Counted from the first letter of the stretch, positions 1 through 13,600 are shown. The stretch is 64,000 bases of DNA from an uncultured virus (IMG/VR IMGVR_UViG_3300027917_000045) (IMGVR_UViG_3300027917_000045), one strand, 5' to 3'. Made by a program: numbers and translations. Notes: generated by a model from the sequence alone, not told the origin.

Positions 1-1530
1 TCCCGCGTCTATGCCGAGCGACAACTCTATGCGAACAATTGGAGTTTTGGCGGCGGGGCGCGGAATGGCTTTCTGAGCGGCGACACGGTAATTCGGACTC
101 ACTCTGTTATCTGGAATTGGGCGGGACATAGCGGGCAACCTTCGGGCTATCGTGGTGCTGGCCGTAGACAGATCATCGATGTGATGGCGAAGCCGGGGCC
201 GAGTGAAGCCGCCGACAACGATCACCGCAAAACGGGGATGGGCTGGTCGCAGGTTTGGGAGCCTACCGGAACGCCGCCAGCATACAACGACAGTACGCTC
301 GACAAGATTATGGCTGCCGGTTATCGGACCTATTGGAGTCGAGGCGGCAGCCCGGGCGGTGATCCGTACACGACTGCCACGCACAATGAGACGTGGCGAG
401 GCTTAGATGCCGACTCTATCAATACCGACGAACAACTCGGAGGGCCGATGGTCTATTGTGCTCAGACGCTGAGTCCCGAGTGCGTGGCGGCTGGAGATAC
501 GATCTCGTGGGGCTGGATCGAGACTGACACGTTGCCGACATCTGGCACACCGGGAAGCGATTGGGGGCCAGCCGGAGGCCCGCTCTATGGTGATGGCCTG
601 ACCGACGCCGAGATCGACTCTATTGCTGCATGGGTCGGCGCGAGCTGGGGGCTGACCTGTGACGGAAAGATCGCCAAAGTCATTGATGGCGTTCGTCGCC
701 GCATCCCATTCGACAGCCTGCGAATTAGGGAATATTACGACTCTGCGACGAGTGCGCCGGATAGGGGGATCAGTGGTGAGTTTCCGGGCGGCGATCATCA
801 AGTACAGGATTCCATCTGGCCGACGATCACGGCTGGGGGCACGCGCTGTACGGACACCGATGGCGATGGATTGTGGGATAACTACGAGTCAGCTCTAACC
901 AACGGTGTGTCTACAACCAGTGTGAATCCTACTGATACTGTTACTCGGTATAATCACTTCGCGTTTGAGGGCCAAGATTGGGCCTTCTTCTCTGACTGGT
1001 TCACTGTGTGGTTTAATATTGGTGCTGCTGGTAGAGATTCTATACAGCTTTTCAATGGTTCTACACACCTAGCCGTATATATTACTCCACCTACTGGTGT
1101 ACTTGCATGGACTCCAGAGGAATCATACGAAGCGTGGGGTATTGGAGATACTATCCATGCGAAAGTGTGGGATGCCGGTGCGATCACCGACTCTTCCGGT
1201 ATGATTGTAGCGTTGGATACGACAGCCACATCTCTGTACCGTTGGTCTGAGCCTGCGGCTGGTTGCTTCTCTAGTTGGACGATAACGTGGAATCAGTTGA
1301 ATGATCCTGCTGGTGTCGATGGATACTATGTCTATTGGGACTCTGCCGGTCTAAATAACTATATCAAGCTGGACTCCACACTAGCTCAGAACGATACGAC
1401 TAAGACACTCAACAACCGTGACTTAGGTGGTAGGATGTGGGGTGGAGACTTCGTGTATATCAAGCCGTTCAACTCTGAAGGGGAGGGTACAGCTACCCCG
1501 ACAGATACCGTTGATGTAGTGTGCTCATAG
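1..1530 (+). CDS. Tailspike-like protein with pectate lyase-like domain and C-terminal FN3-like domain (5'-partial)
   Basis: Frame 1 is open from base 1. Motifs VIWNWAG, VGASW..., and DTDGDGLWDNYE resemble PL1-like pectate lyase C-termini. C-terminal ITWNQ...GYYVYW...YIKPFNSEGEG is FN3-like. Confidence 0.55.
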   Translation, partial: SRVYAERQLYANNWSFGGGARNGFLSGDTVIRTHSVIWNWAGHSGQPSGYRGAGRRQIIDVMAKPGPSEAADNDHRKTGMGWSQVWEPTGTPPAYNDSTLDKIMAAGYRTYWSRGGSPGGDPYTTATHNETWRGLDADSINTDEQLGGPMVYCAQTLSPECVAAGDTISWGWIETDTLPTSGTPGSDWGPAGGPLYGDGLTDAEIDSIAAWVGASWGLTCDGKIAKVIDGVRRRIPFDSLRIREYYDSATSAPDRGISGEFPGGDHQVQDSIWPTITAGGTRCTDTDGDGLWDNYESALTNGVSTTSVNPTDTVTRYNHFAFEGQDWAFFSDWFTVWFNIGAAGRDSIQLFNGSTHLAVYITPPTGVLAWTPEESYEAWGIGDTIHAKVWDAGAITDSSGMIVALDTTATSLYRWSEPAAGCFSSWTITWNQLNDPAGVDGYYVYWDSAGLNNYIKLDSTLAQNDTTKTLNNRDLGGRMWGGDFVYIKPFNSEGEGTATPTDTVDVVCS

Positions 1531-1749
1531 ATGTGTAAGTGTGCGAAGAGGTTAAGGGAGATTTTGAGGGCTGAGGCGTATGTTCTACAGGATGGAACGT
1601 GGAGCAAGGGCGATGATCGTATAGTTGACAGTAGCATTGAGAACCACCACTTCAGGATCATAGCCATGCGACCTGAGATGTGGGGGGAGGCTGCTAAGTC
1701 AGTGGCTAAAGATGTAACTAGACAACTAGGGAACTCAGGTTTAGTATAG
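1531..1749 (+). CDS. Hypothetical protein
   Basis: ORF abutting the upstream stop codon. Confidence 0.5.
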   Translation: MCKCAKRLREILRAEAYVLQDGTWSKGDDRIVDSSIENHHFRIIAMRPEMWGEAAKSVAKDVTRQLGNSGLV

Positions 1750-1770
1750 CTTAGACCTTAATTAGGAGTA

Positions 1771-2409
1771 TTGTACATGGCATTATCAGAAGGAATCTTC
1801 GGGAGATTGCAGGAGAGACTCCGTGGACGGCAACGAGCCAAGGAAGGCGAGATCGCTGGTTCTAGTGACTTCCTTGAGACCCTACGTAGGGGACGAGAGG
1901 CCGGAGTATCTGACTTCCGCTCTATCTTGCAAGGGTACTTTGACCCCGAGTATAGGCGTCTGCATGAGAGACAGCCGGGGCTAGAGGAACAGTTCTTGGA
2001 GCAGGTCTCTGACCCAGAGGCGGCTACCAGAGCAGCTTCAGAGGCCGCATCGGTGGCTACTGAACGGTTGTTTGATCCACGTTTAGGTACTGCTACTCAA
2101 GCTTACCGTGGCGCTACAGGCAGAGCACAGAAATCTGGCTTCGGCGCTGGTGGGTCAGGACAGGAGGAACAAGAGTACAATATAATTTCAGAGGCCGCTG
2201 GTAGAGAGATCGGCAGATCTGCTAGAGAGGCTGCGGCTGGAGAGCGACAGTTCCAGACTCAGATGTTCGGTGGGTTCACACAGGCTCAACAGGCCGCGAT
2301 GTTCGATGCGATGGAGTCGTTGTTTACAGGACTGTTCGGAGAGAGGCAGCTAGATGTCGCTGAGGAAGCTGCTAAGGGTCCACGTCAAAAAATCTTAGGG
2401 ATATTCTAA
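1771..2409 (+). CDS. Putative internal virion/ejection protein
   Basis: AGGAG SD; Ala/Gly/Gln-rich helical protein placed after tail genes, as for podovirus ejection proteins. Confidence 0.5.
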   Translation: MYMALSEGIFGRLQERLRGRQRAKEGEIAGSSDFLETLRRGREAGVSDFRSILQGYFDPEYRRLHERQPGLEEQFLEQVSDPEAATRAASEAASVATERLFDPRLGTATQAYRGATGRAQKSGFGAGGSGQEEQEYNIISEAAGREIGRSAREAAAGERQFQTQMFGGFTQAQQAAMFDAMESLFTGLFGERQLDVAEEAAKGPRQKILGIF

Positions 2410-2663
2410 TGCCCATGCATCCTTTGGCTATAGCTGCAATAGCTCAGGCTGGTTCACAGGTAGCCGGTAGTTTCTTCGGTGAGCCTCACCAGCCTCAGAC
2501 AATAGACACCGAGTTGGACAAGGACAGGGTGAATAAGAGACGTAGAGCGCAGACGTTTGCTGATCGCAGTATCCCTCGTGTAAGAGGTACTATGACTCAG
2601 GCTAGACCCGATGCTGACATAGCCTTTGCCCAGAACCCTATCATGCAAGCGTTTCTGGTCTAA
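2409..2663 (+). CDS. Small putative virion/ejection protein
   Basis: TAATG coupling; N-terminus LAIAAIAQAGSQVAGSFFG resembles pilot proteins. Confidence 0.45.
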   Translation: MPMHPLAIAAIAQAGSQVAGSFFGEPHQPQTIDTELDKDRVNKRRRAQTFADRSIPRVRGTMTQARPDADIAFAQNPIMQAFLV

Positions 2664-2899
2664 TGGCACAGTTAAGCATCCTTGCCCAGATGGTGAGAAA
2701 GGCAGAGAACAAGAAGCATGACCCCAATCGACCACAAAAGAAAGGGGCTCAGCCTTCGTTAGGTTCTGTCTTGCTCCAGACTAGAGACTCGGATGCTGGA
2801 CTGAAGAAAGAAATGGAGTACTTGAGTAACCCAGTCTTCCAGTCGTTTCTTGAGGGCTTGGTTCCACAAAACAGATTTGCACAATATCGGAGAACATAG
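2663..2899 (+). CDS. Hypothetical protein
   Basis: TAATG translational coupling. Confidence 0.5.
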   Translation: MAQLSILAQMVRKAENKKHDPNRPQKKGAQPSLGSVLLQTRDSDAGLKKEMEYLSNPVFQSFLEGLVPQNRFAQYRRT

Positions 2900-4672
2900 A
2901 TGGCGATTCCACTGCTACCAGTAAATATTCCTCCTCGCAGAATAGAGAGGTCTCCTATTGAGGACGCCTTCCGGTTAGGACTATCTAAGCTTTTTGTTGA
3001 GGCCGCTACTGCACCCTTCGATAAGAAGAAGTTCCAGAGGGAAGATGAGGCACGGCGAAGAGATAGGATACTGACAGATGAATTGGCTAGAGAAAGACAG
3101 CAACATCAGTTCGACCTAGAGATTGAGAGGTTAAAACAAGCTGAAGACATCCAAACGCAGGGTATGGTAGATCGCAGAGAGCTGGTGGAGGTAGACGACA
3201 CATTCAAAAGCTCAGTCAAGGAGAACTATGGTTATCCCTTAACTACGGTTTCTTTCGGTGGTAGAGAGTATATCCCACAGCGGCAGCATGATGTATACAC
3301 ACAAGGTCTCAGACCGATAGGTGGGTATGAATCCAATGTTTTGGAGAGAATAGAACAGTTGGGTGGGATCACGGTCAGTGCACCAGAGAGAGAACGTATA
3401 GATACAGCGCATGAATACAGGACTGCGCTTGAGGGTGCTGGAGTGGTAGCTGATCTAACTAGAGCAGGAGCTACTGCTGCCCAAGCTAGATACGGTCGCC
3501 AAACTGTTATGAATGACTTGATGAGGCAGGTGCAGGGGGGCATAGGTGACTATACAAGAACGCACAGTATAGTTGACCCAAAGACCGGGGAGCGGCGTAG
3601 CCCTACCGATCAGGAAGCTATGGCTCTGCTTCTGCACCCACTATTGATAGGTATGCCCAAGGAGTTTATTAGTGCCAACCCTCAAAGTGTCTATTTCTAC
3701 AATATGGCTGAAGAGATCCTAGCAGGTGGACAGCCGCAGGAATATGTACGCATGAATCTGGCTGCTGTACGGGAGATGACGGAGAAATTGTATGATGAGG
3801 AACGTCAAGTAGAGAATCAAGATCAGATAGACAGAGATGTAGCTGAGTTAGAAACCGCAGTACCTCACGATGGTAGAGGAACTCTTCTACGAGATGAAGA
3901 AGGTAAAGTAATCGAAGACATTAATGATCAACGGACGTGGATGAGACGGCATCAAGGGGCTAGTACAGCCGTCTTCTTGGCCAACAATCACTTCCCGACA
4001 GCGGAAGAGTATGTTGAGTCAGTGCATAATTTTAGAGGACCTATGTTGGAGCCACAGGTAGAAGGGTATTTGGAGGCTATCTGGAGGTCTCGTTATGGTG
4101 CTGATGTTGATCGTCCTTGGTTGTACGACATCAATGAAGCTACGAAAAAGATAAACCCCAATCGTCCTATGAGTTCGTTTCCAAGGAACGATGACGGCAC
4201 TGGTGGTGTGAGTAACGCTTTAATGCGCTCGGCTGGTACGTCTGTAACAGGACTCAATCCTGACGGTACGTTTGATCTGCCTACTCCCGGGTACGAAGAA
4301 GACTATGATCTCGTACCGGGACTGACGAACTGGGTCTATGGTACGTTGAAGACTTACAGTGGAGAGAACTTCGCTGAGTACGAGAGAGCTGCGAGACAGT
4401 ACCACCTTTTGAAGGATGAGGTAGACTCGTTCGAGGAGCCGGAGGATATGAAGCGTTTCTTCCGCTCTGCTAACCATGTACGCAGGACTAACAATCTGCC
4501 TGTTACTTTTAGTGATGAAGAGATAGATGAGTTAAGTGGTGGGGTATTCAATCTTGTACTAGGTCAGTTGAAGGAAGCTATTGACCTAGGTAACAAAAGA
4601 CTAGGCAAAGAGTACGACGAGTATCAAAAGAGACAAGCTGAGTTAGGGAGTATCCCAACTCAGGTGCCATAA
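2900..4672 (+). CDS. Putative internal virion protein
   Basis: 590-aa helical ORF directly before the giant protein. Confidence 0.5.
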   Translation: MAIPLLPVNIPPRRIERSPIEDAFRLGLSKLFVEAATAPFDKKKFQREDEARRRDRILTDELARERQQHQFDLEIERLKQAEDIQTQGMVDRRELVEVDDTFKSSVKENYGYPLTTVSFGGREYIPQRQHDVYTQGLRPIGGYESNVLERIEQLGGITVSAPERERIDTAHEYRTALEGAGVVADLTRAGATAAQARYGRQTVMNDLMRQVQGGIGDYTRTHSIVDPKTGERRSPTDQEAMALLLHPLLIGMPKEFISANPQSVYFYNMAEEILAGGQPQEYVRMNLAAVREMTEKLYDEERQVENQDQIDRDVAELETAVPHDGRGTLLRDEEGKVIEDINDQRTWMRRHQGASTAVFLANNHFPTAEEYVESVHNFRGPMLEPQVEGYLEAIWRSRYGADVDRPWLYDINEATKKINPNRPMSSFPRNDDGTGGVSNALMRSAGTSVTGLNPDGTFDLPTPGYEEDYDLVPGLTNWVYGTLKTYSGENFAEYERAARQYHLLKDEVDSFEEPEDMKRFFRSANHVRRTNNLPVTFSDEEIDELSGGVFNLVLGQLKEAIDLGNKRLGKEYDEYQKRQAELGSIPTQVP

Positions 4673-4694
4673 CTGGAACGCAAAAGGAAAGAAC

Positions 4695-7600
4695 ATGTCT
4701 AACGGTCAAGATGACCGTGGGGATAATACCCTACGGCCCTACCCTAATATCAACCTATCCGCAGCTGAGATCATAGCCCTCGAAGGTGAGAGACTAAGGC
4801 GTGAGGGTGAAGAGCCTACTGACACCGAGGGCGAGGGTAAAGAGAAGCTTAGCGGTAAAGCCCTTGAGTACAGGCACCAAGCAAACAGGTTCTTGCAAGC
4901 CTTTGTTGATGCCCACGAAACTATCAACCCTACAGGTAGAGCCGTCCGTAGGTATAAAGGTGTGGTTCCTGTCATCAAGAAGGGTGGTATCTTGTCTACC
5001 ACAGGGCCGATGCCAGCCATTACCGGAGCCTTCAATGCTACCATCGGTAACTTGTTTGGTTGGGAGATAGAACCAGAGCAGGTCACGCTCTCGCCAGATG
5101 AGGTTATCAACGCTGTCGGTGGTTTGGTCAATAAGCTATTCGGCCTCATCGGTATCGGTACAGATGTAGAGATCATTGGTGGCCCAGTCCCCAAGGACCC
5201 ACATGTATGGAATATCACTGATCCTCGTATCATTCCGCAGAGAGAGCTGACACCAGAAGAGAAACAGATCCGTTACATCAACAGGCTTGCCGCAGCTATC
5301 AGCTCCGGCGCACAGACCCTAGGTAACGTCGAGATGGATGTGGTCTCTGGTGAACTAGCTCCTCCTCTAGACAACACTGAGAAAATCCTTGATATGGTGG
5401 GTGGTGAGATTCCCTTGATCCTCGCTACTGTCGGTCTGGCCGGTCCTATGCAGAAAGTTGCAGGTAGAGCTGTTACAGGAATGCTGGGTGCTGAGTCTAT
5501 CGCTGCCAAAGGTGAGGCGATGATCGGTAAACAACTTGCCCGTGCTGGCTCACGAGGTAGAGTGCTCAACACCATCATGCAGGGACGGAGGTTTACTGGT
5601 CTAGCTGAGACTGAGGCTGGAGTCGAATTGCTCAAGGCTCGTGCCGGTGAGGCGTATGTTAAACAGATGGGTCAATGGTTGGGGTTGGACTTCCCTATCA
5701 CAGTCGGTTTTGCTGCCTCTGAGATACTGGGCGAAGACACGCTACACAGAATCACAGAAGGTCATGGTATTCCTGCCTCTGATGCACTGAAGACTATGGC
5801 CTTGTTCGGTGCCTTTGGCGCTGGTTTTGGTCTGGCCTTCCGTCCCGGCTCACCGCGACATCTAGCTCGTTTTGCTACTGAACTGTCGTCTGAAATCAGT
5901 GCGGGCTCTTTCAGGAATGTACCTAAAGGGTTCCGTATGGCTGGCAGAGTGTTCGAGGGAACTAGCCCCAAGGGTACTCCTATGTGGAGATGGCAGAAAG
6001 GCGTCGAGGTTGGTGGTAAGAAGGTAGGCGGGAAGAAAGCTCCTTCTCCCGCCGTGGAAGAGATCGGTGCATACTTCGATGATCTATTCAACCGCGCCTC
6101 TACTGCTTACAAGACAGGCACAGAAGAGGCAGTACAGGAAGCCACGGAGAAGAGTGCTAGTTACAAACAGGTGTTAGAACAGTTCGATTCAGAGGCCAAC
6201 GCCATCCATTTCTCTGCTGCCAAGTACGCTACCACAGCTAGGAATAATTTCTTACGGCCCGCATCGCCTCATAAAAGAGTACCGTGGGAAGAGGTAGATG
6301 CTCGTATCAATGATCTGCATAATATCTATGCAGACCAGCGCCTACCTATCGGTGAAAGAACCGAAGCTATGGGAGAGATCATCGCTTTACGTAAGGCATA
6401 CAATATGCCGTATGAAGAGATGGCTAACGGCATCCCTCTCAGTGCAGAAGAAGCTGCTTACCGTTATGTAGTCAATGAGAACAATCCTACACAGTTGGCG
6501 AAGATAGCTGACGGGTTGGCTTCCAGCGACCCTGTAGTTGCCGCTCGTATCAGGCAGTTTCTTGCTGAGGGCTTTCCTGAGACTGAGACTAAAGCCGTTG
6601 CTGCTAGGTTGAAGAAGAGTGTAGGTCTAAACAGTAGAGGTGTCTCTCGTGACGTGGGGTATCTATGGGATGCAGAAGGTAATCGCATGGTACCTATCAC
6701 TGACTCTAAGTTTGGTATGGTTCGGGCTAGGGTAGTCTCTGGTCCTAAAGAAGGCAAGATCGTATCGGTTAATCTCAACGAGGTAAGCATTGAGCCACCC
6801 GCTGGACATACAGTTACATTGAAAGACAGGGAGGGGTTCTTCATAGCAGAGAGTATGCCTGCTGGAAAGAACACGGCTGTCGTTCGTAATATGAACAACC
6901 CTGATGAGGTCTTCGAGATTCCTTACTCTGCAATAGAGGAGATAAGTCCTCCTCCTACTAGTAACCCAATCGCTGAAGCGCAGATGGAATCGCAGGCTAA
7001 GATGGTCATGGAAGCATCTGAAACTGCTCCCGTACCTGCACAGGAAGTATCATTAAGAGGTGAGCCTGTTGAGTTAGTTGAGGCTGGTAGTGCTACTGCT
7101 AAAGTAAAGACTAAGAGAGGTCAGGAGACTGTACCTCTCGAAGACGTGAAGCGGTCTACCCGCAACAAGCCCAAGACCAAAGCGCAGAACGAGCAGGACA
7201 TGGGCAGGACCGATGTTGGTTCTGAGGTGGTTGACTTCGTTCCAGCTACACGTCCTGACACTAACCACCGTATTCTGTTTACTGTCATGCCTAACGAGGA
7301 AGCAGCTACATTCAGAGCCGCATGGGAGGCCGGTGATGTAGAGGCAGTCAAGACTCTTATGGCCAAGTGGAACGCTCACGTAGTCCCGCCTATGGGTCTG
7401 CGTGATGACTGGAAGATGTTTGGCATCGAGATTCCTTCTGCTGAACTGAATAGCAAGATGTACACCAAGAAGGCCAGAGCTATGCTTGCCAAGTTGAATG
7501 ACGCAGAAGGTAAAATTGACTGGCAAGGTAAACTTGGTTCTCCTGTCAACATCGGTGAGAATGCAGAGAACGTGTATCGTACTGGCAAGCTGTACGACAT

Positions 7601-10600
7601 CACCTATGATATGTGGGGCAAGACTGTCCGTAACACGTTGGATGTAAACACGATGGACCCAGCCGTGCAGACAGAGTATCTACGCAAGACCTTGGACATG
7701 TCAGAGAGCCTACATACCCCCCTTGAAAAGCAGGCCACTGCTGTACGTGGCGCTAAGAAAGCCAAACGTGCATCTCGCAAGAATGACCAACGAGCACAGG
7801 AACGTACAGCTCGCAGGATGGAACACGCTGCCGAGGAGAACTACCATAGAGAGAGAGCCGCTATTGCTGCTGATGAGGTTGAAGAGGTACAGAACCGTAT
7901 CCTCTCTGACCTTGAGGTTGAAGAGGCTAGATTCGATGCTCTTGCTGCTGAGGGTATTGGGGTTGAAGCTGAAGGTGCTGCTATCGTCGCAAGAACTAGA
8001 AAGCCGGGACCTCCACCTACTGCTGCTGAAATAGAGCAGGCAAGAGCAGATATGCTCACCGCTCAGGGTATCGGAGTGGAAGCTGAGGCTCCTATCGCCG
8101 GTACTGGTAGAGCACGTAGAGCTGCTATTGAACGTGTCGAGAAGGAAGAGAGTTGGGCTGATTGGGGTGACATCATCAAGTCTCAGGGAGTAGATGACAA
8201 CCCAATGGTTCTCCTACATGAGGATACAGTAGAGCGTCTGTTCATACACCGTGCTAGTAGGAACACCTTCCGTACAGAGTTGGTAGGTGAGAGTGGTAAT
8301 GTACTCTCTACCAAAGAGATGGACCTAACTGGTTTGATCGACTTCGCTCAGGGTAGAGGATTCAAGCCTACCTTATTCCGTACTGACAAGACTAGCGGGC
8401 TGTGGGTACATACTACACAGAGTGGTAGAGCAAACAGGACTACAGCTACGATTACTGAGGTTGATGGTGGTTTCAAGGCACAACAAGTAGAGACCATTGA
8501 AGTTCCCCGTGCTGTAAAGGTGCCACCTAGCGGAGAGATAGTCCCTGTCAAAGAGACGAGGATAGCTCAACATACTCTATCTAGAGAAGGTGTGGAGGTT
8601 GTAGGTGCCAATAAAGCTGGTGACAGGTACTTTGTTCGTGTACGTGATCCAGCGGTGAGAAATAAGTTTGCTACCCCTAGTGAGGGATTGCAGCTATTGA
8701 AGCGTGGTGGCCCTACCAAGGCTAGGGTAGCTCGTGACAAGCTGAGCGTGCCTGTCGAGGAGTTTGAGCCCGGGGTGCCTAGAGAAGGATTCCTCCGTAC
8801 AGAAGGTAGGCTACAGATAGTTGAGGGTCCGTTGCAGGGCATGACTCCCGAGGTTAAAGCTCAGCAACTTCGTGTGTTCACCACCGGAGAGTTGCTACCA
8901 GCCGGTACAGTGGTACAGAGAGAGGTTGGTGGTGCTGTGTTCCAGACAAGAGAGGCTGCCGAGAAGTGGCTTGTCAAAGAGGGATTCAAGTACGAGAAGG
9001 GTCCATACATGGTCCGTCAGCGTGAGTCTTCGTATGGTAGGCAGTGGACTGATGACCTTGAGGGTTGGTGGGAAGACCTGCCGATCGCCTTCAAAGACCC
9101 TGCTGTACTTAGTGACAAGATGGCTCTCAGGGCTATGTTGAAAGACAACGAGAACTCATTTACTGAGCTACTGCGTGGGTATATATGGAGAGACGGACGT
9201 ATCCCGCCTGAGTTGTCTGATGACGCTGCTCAATTCGTAGACCTATGGATTAAAGAGTTCGGTGACGTTGACCTGCCGTTCACTGCCGACTTGCGTAGAG
9301 CTATCGGTACACCGGGGATCAAGGACATTGGGCCTGCTTCAATGAGAACCGTAGCTCCAGAGGATGAGTTACAAGACTGGATCGTGGAGACTACTAGCAA
9401 CCTGTTGGAGGCTAACCCTCAATACAAGTGGTTCCAGACTGGTAAGGCTGGAGCTAAGAAGCATGGTGCTACAGCGGCTAGAGTACCTCATCAAGGTACA
9501 TACTATGGCTCTGTTAGGTACGCCAAGACCAACCCCAAGCTTGGCATCCTACGCTCTGCCCGTAAGCACGAGGAAATGTTGGGAGACATCACCGCTGGTA
9601 CAGGTTACCATGCTGCTGCTCCTAACCCTACTTACCCAGATGAGATGGCTTCTAGTCTTATGGGTGGTCAGAGGTTTGGTAGGCTCAAGACAGAAGGTGG
9701 TAGAGCTGTTGAGGTAGTACACTACCCGATGGAGGGTACCGAGGCTGTCGTTCGTATACCGTCTAGTGGCAGGACTAAGACTGTACCTAAGAGCGCATTG
9801 GACGAAGCTGAGTTCGGTATGAAATGGGGTCCCAATATGAAGGGTAGAGCTTTGGCTGTTGAAGGCGCTCCTGCTCGTGAGTTCTTCGAGAGACCTGACC
9901 CTATCGGGTTCGGTGCTGTAGAGGCCAAGATCGGGTTGGAAGGTGTGGAAGATCCAGTTCAGGTGGCAGTTGGTATAGCTAACCACGTTAAGGAGCTAGC
10001 CAAGAACATCAGAGTACGAAAGAACGGCGCTTTCATCACTGACCCCAAGAACACAGATGCTCTGATTGAGGCGTACTCTCGCACTCAAGAGCTGCCTCTA
10101 TTTTGGGACCAGACTACAAAGGCATGGAAACACCCGCTGGAAGTACTCGACGCTTCTATGCCTAAACGCCTACGTAAGCCGCTAAAGATGGCCACATACT
10201 ACCGTGAATTAGCCAAGGCCAAAGAACACCCTCACGCTGAGTTAATAGCTCTGTCTAAAGCTGGTGCTCTCAGCCCACAACAGAGGGAGCTGCTACATGC
10301 GTGGACTAAAGATATGCGGAATATGATAGCCTCTCCGTCCAAGAGGAAGCTGACAGACTACGAGGCTATGCAGTTCCTTATCGAACACGAAGCTATAGAC
10401 CCTGTTGCTACCGCCTACGTCCGTGAGATGAGAGAAGCTGGTGCTATCGGTAAGTGGTTGGATGAGGCAGGTATTGGTAATGATATGCTACTGTGCACCA
10501 GCCCGTGTAAGAGTATCAGATTCTCTCGCTCTAAACTGATCGACATCAACTGGTTCGATAAGTGGATGGGTGTGAGTTGGAAGGTGTTCAATAAACATCC

Positions 10601-13600
10601 AGTGTCAAAGTACTTCGATGATATGGTACGGGAGTTTGCTGATACAGAGCGTAGGGAGTTGATGAACAACCTACAAGTGAGTGCTCTGTTAACTCAGAGA
10701 GGTTATACAACCAAAGACTTACGGACTGTAAAGAAGTTGATACAGAAGCACGGCTTCGATTGGGACGCGGCTGAGGCTGGTGGTGCTAACACCAAGTACC
10801 AAGGAGCTTTCGAGCTGCTCAATACGGAGTTTGACAACAAGCTGAAAAGGATCAAGACGTTCTTGATTAAGCGTGAAGCGGAGCCTATACGGTGGGACCC
10901 AGCAGCCGAGAAGGCTGCGGAGCAGAGGACAGTACTAGAAGCTCAAGGTATAAACTTCGACAAGATAGGCGATGACTTTCTCATCATGCCCGGGCACTCT
11001 AGGCCCGATATAGGCTTCAATCTACCAAAGATGGGTAGACGTAGTGAGGAGAGGATTCACCAGTTCCTCGATATGCAGGAGACTTTTGGTAAGGACATAA
11101 CAAAGGTACCGCAACATGTGAAGGATGAGATTATCGCTCTCGGTGATGACTGGATGCTGGATCAGTGGGATTTCTGGGGACGTTGGGGTAGAGATAACTT
11201 CTGGCCTTTGGTCCACAGTGGACAGTTCGCGGTTGAGTACGAAGGTACTTTGGTGGCATGGACCCAGAGCTATGATGACGCCTTTGCTGCTATTCGTCAC
11301 CTGATCAAGCAGTCCGGTGCGGGGGAGACAATAGGTGAGTACTCTGCTATGGGTAACTGGAACATTAACCTATCTCAGTGGGTGCCAGACGAGATCTATG
11401 CTCGTCACATGAAAGGGAAAGACTTCCAGAAGTTTGCTAAGTTGATGGGCGAACACCTTGAGACTGGTCCCGACGAGATCAGAGCTGTTATTACTAGGCA
11501 GGATAAGCTGCCTCCCGGTATGAAACCCGGGAGTATAGTCCATGCCTTTGAACGTAAGGCTAACCTAGAGCCGCTGTTCGATGACCCCATGACCGAGTAT
11601 CTAGTGTACAGTGCTCGTGTTGAACGTGCTCTATTCAAACAGCGTGTGGGTGAGGCATACGAGAGGGCTGTGGCTGACAAGGCATTTGACCACGCACTCT
11701 CTGCTCGTGCAGAACTGCCTCCACTCCACAGGATGACTAACCTAAAGAAGGCTGTAGGTGAGGCTTACCTACGTGCTATTGGTGAGTACACAGGCGGAGA
11801 CGCCTTTGCTGACGGTGTAGTTGGGTACTTTGAGTGGCTCAGGATCACACCGCAAGAGCTGGCAAGACGCGGTGGTAAGGCTGTAGGTATAGGCACCGAA
11901 GCTGCGTACCCAGAGATGGCTCTAGGTGACATCCTCAATCCAATGAGAGGATCGAAGGTCTTCCAACAGAAGTACCTTGCAAGGAAGAGAGCGTCTGAGG
12001 CAATTGCCTTCCAGTCTAACTTCAGATTGTTTGGCTCGTTATCCTCTGCCTTCGCCAATGCCTCTCAGTTCTGGGTCAACGTACCCAGTGTGTTGGTGAG
12101 AGATGGGCAGTGGGGCATGACTAAGGCTATGCAAGAGTCGATTAAAGCGTACAAGGACGCCAACGAGGTGTTCTTCCGTACAGCATTCAAAGCTGGACCT
12201 AATCTTGAGGCTTCCATCAAGAAGCTACCAGAGGACCTACAGCAGTTTGCTGCGATGGCAGATGAGTTGGGTATCGCTGCCATGCCCGGGAAGCACATGG
12301 TAGGTGCTGACTATGCTGGTATCGGTGACTTGTACAACATGGTACCTAACGCTTTGCTTACTGATACTAAGAGAGACTTGATGTGGAAATGGACCAAAAC
12401 CCTTGGTATGACTCCGTTTAATGGAGCTGAACGCACCAACCGCATGGCTACCATGATCGTGGGTTACCGTAAAGGTTTAGCTCATGGTCTGGATGACAAC
12501 GCAGCCAGACAGTACGCTAAGAACATGGTGCGTGAGACTCAGTTCCAATACGATGAGATCTCCATGCCACTAGGGTTCACGAAACTGGGTCCTGCTGGGC
12601 GTATGCTCTTGCAGTTTAAGCCTTTCGTAGCTAACCAGTTGGGCTTCGAGAAGGACCTAGTGATGAAAGCGTTCATCAATCCAGCTACAGGTAAGGCAGG
12701 GATTGATGCTAAAGCTGTACAAGCTCTAGCTACACACTGGGCTATGTATTCAGTATGGGGTGGTATACGTGGTATAGCCGCCAGCCCTGCTATCGCTGCT
12801 CTGGGCCTGCCTTACTTCCTTATGACAGGTAAGAGACCTGACCAGCTGCTTATGGGTATGTTGAGGAAGAGCAGGAACTCTAAGCGTGAGCCTTGGGAGA
12901 AGTTCACTGATAGCCACAAGGCTCTGTCCAGTGACATTCTTTGGTATGGGTTACCTGCACTTGGTAGGATGTCTCTAGGCAACAGGGTAGGTGTGAGTGG
13001 TCAGGAGTTGATGAACTTCTGGGAGATCCCGGGCATATTCGGTCCTCATGGTTCTATTTTTGCTGACGTTTTCTCGGCCTACAAAGGCTACGCTAGAACT
13101 AAAGGTTCATGGCTGGGAGTAGGTGGCGGTATAGCCGGTGCTGTTGCGCCTTCATTACTACCCTCTGTTGGTGGTGGGTTCGTGAAGAAGGTAATGCCAC
13201 TGGGGCGTGTAGGTGGTGGTTTGCTTGGTGCCAGTGCTGCCACAGGTAAACTCCCCGGCGTTGATCTGTTTCACTACCCTAACCCTTTCTACGAGTTCTT
13301 AGAAAAGGAACCACAAGGTAAGGCTCTGTCACGTAGAGCTGTACCTACACTACTCCGTAACTTTATACGGTCAGTAGAGATAATGAACACTGGAGCAGTA
13401 AGAGATATGGAGTTCCGTCCTAACTATATAACTGCCGACGATAAGACTGAGGCTATGGTTGCTGCGTTGTTCGGTGTGCAGACAGTGAGTGCGGAGGAAC
13501 GTAACGCTGCGCTGGGTCTGTTGTTTAGTGAGGCTGCGTTGTATGACAATACGAAGAAGACGTTGGTAGAACGTATAGCCAGAGCTACAGCGGAGGGAGA

